A DNA stretch of 48,211 bases, taken from contig JANXXR010000621.1 of NCBI GenBank assembly GCA_025350525.1, positions 1 to 48,211 on the forward strand, in the 5' to 3' direction. Under the pieces are notes generated by a model. The model had not been told where the DNA came from, ran no database searches, and saw only the letters and a list, made by a program, of their open reading frames with translations. Within the stretch, counting starts at the first letter, position 1. Each line of letters begins with the position of its first letter. A program made the position numbers and the translations under genes. Of the stretch, positions 43,037-48,211 are shown in pieces. This DNA is from Deltaproteobacteria bacterium. GTDB taxonomy: Bacteria > Myxococcota > Myxococcia > Myxococcales > 40CM-4-68-19.

Positions 43037-44563
43037 ATGAAGAGACTCCTCCTCCTCGTCGCGGCGCTGCTGCTTGCCCATACGGCCCATGCGCAGGACG
43101 GCGATGCGGGCGTGGCCCTCGACCCCACCCAGGGACAGGGCAGAGCCGCGACCGGGGCGGCCGCCGATGCCGACATCGCGCAGGCCGAATCCGGCGAGGA
43201 CGCCGCGCCCGAAGGCATCATCTCCCGGGCCTCGGGCCGCCCCGACCACCCGCGCACTCTCGAGGAGATCGTCAAGAGCGGCTACCTCCGCGTCCTCACC
43301 CGCAACAACGACACCAGCTTCTTCATCTACCGCGGCCACCGCATGGGCTTCGACTACGAGGTCGGCAAGAAGCTGGCGCAGGCGCTGGGCATCCGCGTGG
43401 ACATGATCATTACCCAGAGCTGGACGGAGATGGTGCCGGCGCTCCTCAAGGGCGAAGGCGACGTCATCGCCGCCGAGGTCACCGTCACCGACGAGCGCAA
43501 GCGGCAGGTGCTCTTCGCCGAGCCGTGGGGCCACACCCGCGAGGTGGTGGTCTGGAAGGACGGCACCAGGCCGCTCAAGGCGGCGGAGGATCTCTCGGGC
43601 AAGGAGGTCCACGTCCGCAAGAGCGCCAGCTACTTCGCCACCGTCCTCGCGCTCAACGCCAAGCTCAAGGCGGCCGGCAGGCCCCAAGTCGTCGTCAAGC
43701 CGGTGTCCGAAGACTGGGAGACCGACACCATCCTGCAGGCCGTCGCCAGGGGCGAGATCGCCTACACCATCGCCGACGAGATCCTCGCCAACGTGCACAC
43801 CGCCTACTGGGACAACCTCGTCGTCGGGCCGCCCATCAGCGACGAGCGCGACCTGGCCTGGTCGGTGCGGCCGGGCGACGTCAAGCTGAAGAAGGCCATC
43901 GACAGAGTCTTTCACGAGCTGCGCAAGAAGCCCGACTTCAACCTGCTCAAGTCCAAGTACTTCGAGGCGCAGCGGTCGCTGAAGAAGGAGCGCAAGGACA
44001 AGTTCTACGCCTCGGAGACGGGCACGCTCAGCCAGTACGATCCGATGGTCCGCAAGTACGCCGAGCAGCACCAGTTCGACTGGCGGCTGGTGGCGGCGCA
44101 GATCTACCAGGAGAGCCACTTCGACCCGACCCGCAAGAGCTGGGTGGGAGCGCTCGGGCTCTTCCAGATCATGCCGGCGACGGCGCGCGGCCTCGGCATC
44201 AACGACCCGACCGACCCGGAGCAGTCGATCCGCGGCGGGCTCAAGTACATGCAGCAGCTCTCCGATCATTACAAAGACGTCGCCGACCCCATCGAGCGGT
44301 ATCGCTTCGCGCTGGCCGCCTACAACTCTGGCTTCGGGCACGTGGACGACGCGCGGCACCTCTCCCGCGGCGACAAGAAGGATGCGGCCCGGTGGCGCGA
44401 GGTGGCGCCTTATCTGCTCAAGCTCGCCGACCGCAAGTTCGCGCAAAGGGCGCGCTTCGGCTTCTGCCGCGGCAGCGAGCCCGTCGACTACGTCCGCCAC
44501 ATCGACGAGCGCTACACCGGCTACGCGCAGCTGGTTCCGCTGCAGAACTCACCTCGGCACTGA
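43037..44563 (+). CDS. mltF: Membrane-bound lytic murein transglycosylase F (SBP-3 domain plus SLT domain)
   Basis: It has a signal peptide and a periplasmic-binding-like N-domain (GYLRVLTRNN.TSFFIYRG...GFDYE). The SLT motif is QIYQESHFDPTRKSWVGALGLFQIMPATA, followed by AAYNSGFGHV. Confidence 0.85.
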   Translation: MKRLLLLVAALLLAHTAHAQDGDAGVALDPTQGQGRAATGAAADADIAQAESGEDAAPEGIISRASGRPDHPRTLEEIVKSGYLRVLTRNNDTSFFIYRGHRMGFDYEVGKKLAQALGIRVDMIITQSWTEMVPALLKGEGDVIAAEVTVTDERKRQVLFAEPWGHTREVVVWKDGTRPLKAAEDLSGKEVHVRKSASYFATVLALNAKLKAAGRPQVVVKPVSEDWETDTILQAVARGEIAYTIADEILANVHTAYWDNLVVGPPISDERDLAWSVRPGDVKLKKAIDRVFHELRKKPDFNLLKSKYFEAQRSLKKERKDKFYASETGTLSQYDPMVRKYAEQHQFDWRLVAAQIYQESHFDPTRKSWVGALGLFQIMPATARGLGINDPTDPEQSIRGGLKYMQQLSDHYKDVADPIERYRFALAAYNSGFGHVDDARHLSRGDKKDAARWREVAPYLLKLADRKFAQRARFGFCRGSEPVDYVRHIDERYTGYAQLVPLQNSPRH

Positions 44564-44668
44564 GGGAAGAACCGGCGGCGCGTCAAAACGACGCAGGTGC
44601 GGAACCGCTCGAAACGTCCAACATCAATCTGGCCGGGCGCTTGTGGCTGCCCAACCGCGAAGGTGGAG

Positions 44669-47026
<2,358 letters not shown>

Positions 47027-47036
47027 AGGTCACAGC

Positions 47037-48211
47037 ATGAGCGTCCTCGATCGCGAACACACCGTCGCCGGGCCGGGCTACAGCCGCTGGCTGGTTCCCC
47101 CCGCCGCGCTCGCCATCCACATGTGCATCGGGCAGGTCTACGGGTTCTCGGTCTTCAACCTCCCGCTCACCCGCGTCCTGGGCGTGAGCAAGTCGGCGGA
47201 GGGCGACTGGAAGCTGACCTCCATCGCGCTCATCTTCGGCGTCGCCATCGTCTTCCTCGGCCTGGCCGCGGCGGTCTTCGGCACCTGGCTCGAGCGCGCC
47301 GGGCCGCGCAAGGCCATGTTCGCCGCCGCCTGCTGTTTCTGCGGAGGGTTCGCCGTCGCCGCGCTGGGCGTCAAACTGCACCAGTTCGCGCTGGTGATCG
47401 GTGGCTACGGCGTGCTCGGCGGCATCGGGCTCGGCATCGGCTACATCTCGCCGGTCTCGACGCTCATCAAGTGGTTCCCCGACCGCCCCGGCATGGCCAC
47501 CGGCATGGCCATCATGGGCTTCGGCGGCGGCGCCATGATCGGCTCGCCGCTGGCCGTGAACCTCATGAAGCACTACGCGAGCCCGGCCAGCACCGGCGTG
47601 GCCGAGACCCTCCTGACCATGGGCGCCATCTATTTCGTCATCATGATGTTCGGCGTCTTCACCGTGCGCGTGGCGCCGGCCGGCTGGACGCCCGCGGGCT
47701 ACACGCCCCGGGCCTCGGGCCAGAAGATGATGGTCACCGCCGCCGACGTCACCGCCGCCGACGCCATCAAGACCCGGCAGTTCTGGCTGCTCTGGGGAGT
47801 GCTCTTCCTCAACGTCAGCGCCGGCCTCGGCCTCTTGCAAACGGCCTCGCCCATCATCCAGCAGACCCTCGGCGTCAGCGCGGCGGCGGCGGCCGGCTTC
47901 GTCGGGCTGCTCTCGCTCTTCAACATGGGCGGCCGGTTCGCCTGGTCGAGCTTCAGCGACAAGTTGGGCCGCAAGCCCACCTACAACCTCTACTTCATCC
48001 TCGGCGCCGTGCTCTACGCGCTGGTGCCGCTCGCCGCCGGGCTGCGCAACGTTCCGCTCTTCGTGGTCACCGTCTGCGTCATCATCAGCATGTACGGCGG
48101 CGGCTTCGCCACCGTGCCGGCCTACCTGCGCGACCTCTTCGGCACCCTGCAGGTCGGCGCCATCCACGGCCGGCTATTGACCGCCTGGTCGGCGGCGGGA
48201 GTGGTCGGGCC
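47037..48211 (+). CDS. MFS transporter, oxalate/formate antiporter (OFA) family. The 3' end is off-window.
   Basis: It is not in the ORF track because there is no stop before the window end. The ATG at 47037 lies 10 nt after the ydeP-type stop. My own translation reads MSVLDREHTVAGPGYSRWLVPPAALAIHMCIGQVYGFSVFNLPL..., and later PVSTLIKWFPDRPGMATGMAIMGFGGGAMIG and FNMGGRFAWSSFSDKLGRK. Confidence 0.85.
   Translation, partial: MSVLDREHTVAGPGYSRWLVPPAALAIHMCIGQVYGFSVFNLPLTRVLGVSKSAEGDWKLTSIALIFGVAIVFLGLAAAVFGTWLERAGPRKAMFAAACCFCGGFAVAALGVKLHQFALVIGGYGVLGGIGLGIGYISPVSTLIKWFPDRPGMATGMAIMGFGGGAMIGSPLAVNLMKHYASPASTGVAETLLTMGAIYFVIMMFGVFTVRVAPAGWTPAGYTPRASGQKMMVTAADVTAADAIKTRQFWLLWGVLFLNVSAGLGLLQTASPIIQQTLGVSAAAAAGFVGLLSLFNMGGRFAWSSFSDKLGRKPTYNLYFILGAVLYALVPLAAGLRNVPLFVVTVCVIISMYGGGFATVPAYLRDLFGTLQVGAIHGRLLTAWSAAGVVG

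Overview
This is a very GC-rich bacterial chromosomal segment. Third codon positions are almost always G/C, and long spurious antisense ORFs cover most real genes. I count about 46 protein-coding genes, one tRNA, and no rRNA or CRISPR array.

Three clues point to Myxococcota, though this is inference only. A GH18 protein carries a MYXO-CTERM-like tail (GC..GGG, a hydrophobic helix, then RRR). A secreted protein carries NxCGxCGxxC cysteine-rich repeats. An integrase ORF runs through a tRNA gene, as described for Myxococcus phage Mx8.

Most of the content is core metabolism and envelope biology:
- pgsA, nadB, pyrE, thiE/thiD, an HtrA protease, clpB, truA and an ammonium transporter.
- 2-oxoacid dehydrogenase E1 alpha/beta, map, mltF, and a YdeP-type molybdoenzyme with an OFA-family transporter.
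- Many lipoproteins, TPR proteins and SPFH proteins.
- Genes are tightly packed, with many ATGA/GTGA start-stop overlaps.

The mobile or accessory material is limited:
- The edge of an integrated element at tRNA-Gly(GCC) on the left border.
- An IS200-like/RAYT-type HUH transposase gene next to a truncated IS481-like transposase.
- A 70-bp element with 15-bp perfect inverted repeats.

I did not find a recognisable defence system, biosynthetic cluster or secretion system, and I cannot name a clear-cut novel system. The best unexplained items are:
- A translationally coupled operon of LemA, a 2-TM protein, a 978-aa Ig/propeller lipoprotein and a TPR lipoprotein.
- The same out-of-frame heptanucleotide tandem repeat (GCNTCAG) inside two unrelated genes.
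- A C26 amidohydrolase wedged between thiE and thiD.
- A DUF3494 (ice-binding fold) lipoprotein fused to Cys-rich repeats.
- A pure A9-TTAA-T9 palindrome directly after nadB.
- A repeat-protein/porin/E1 alpha-beta operon.

All family assignments come from motifs read by eye. No searches were run.
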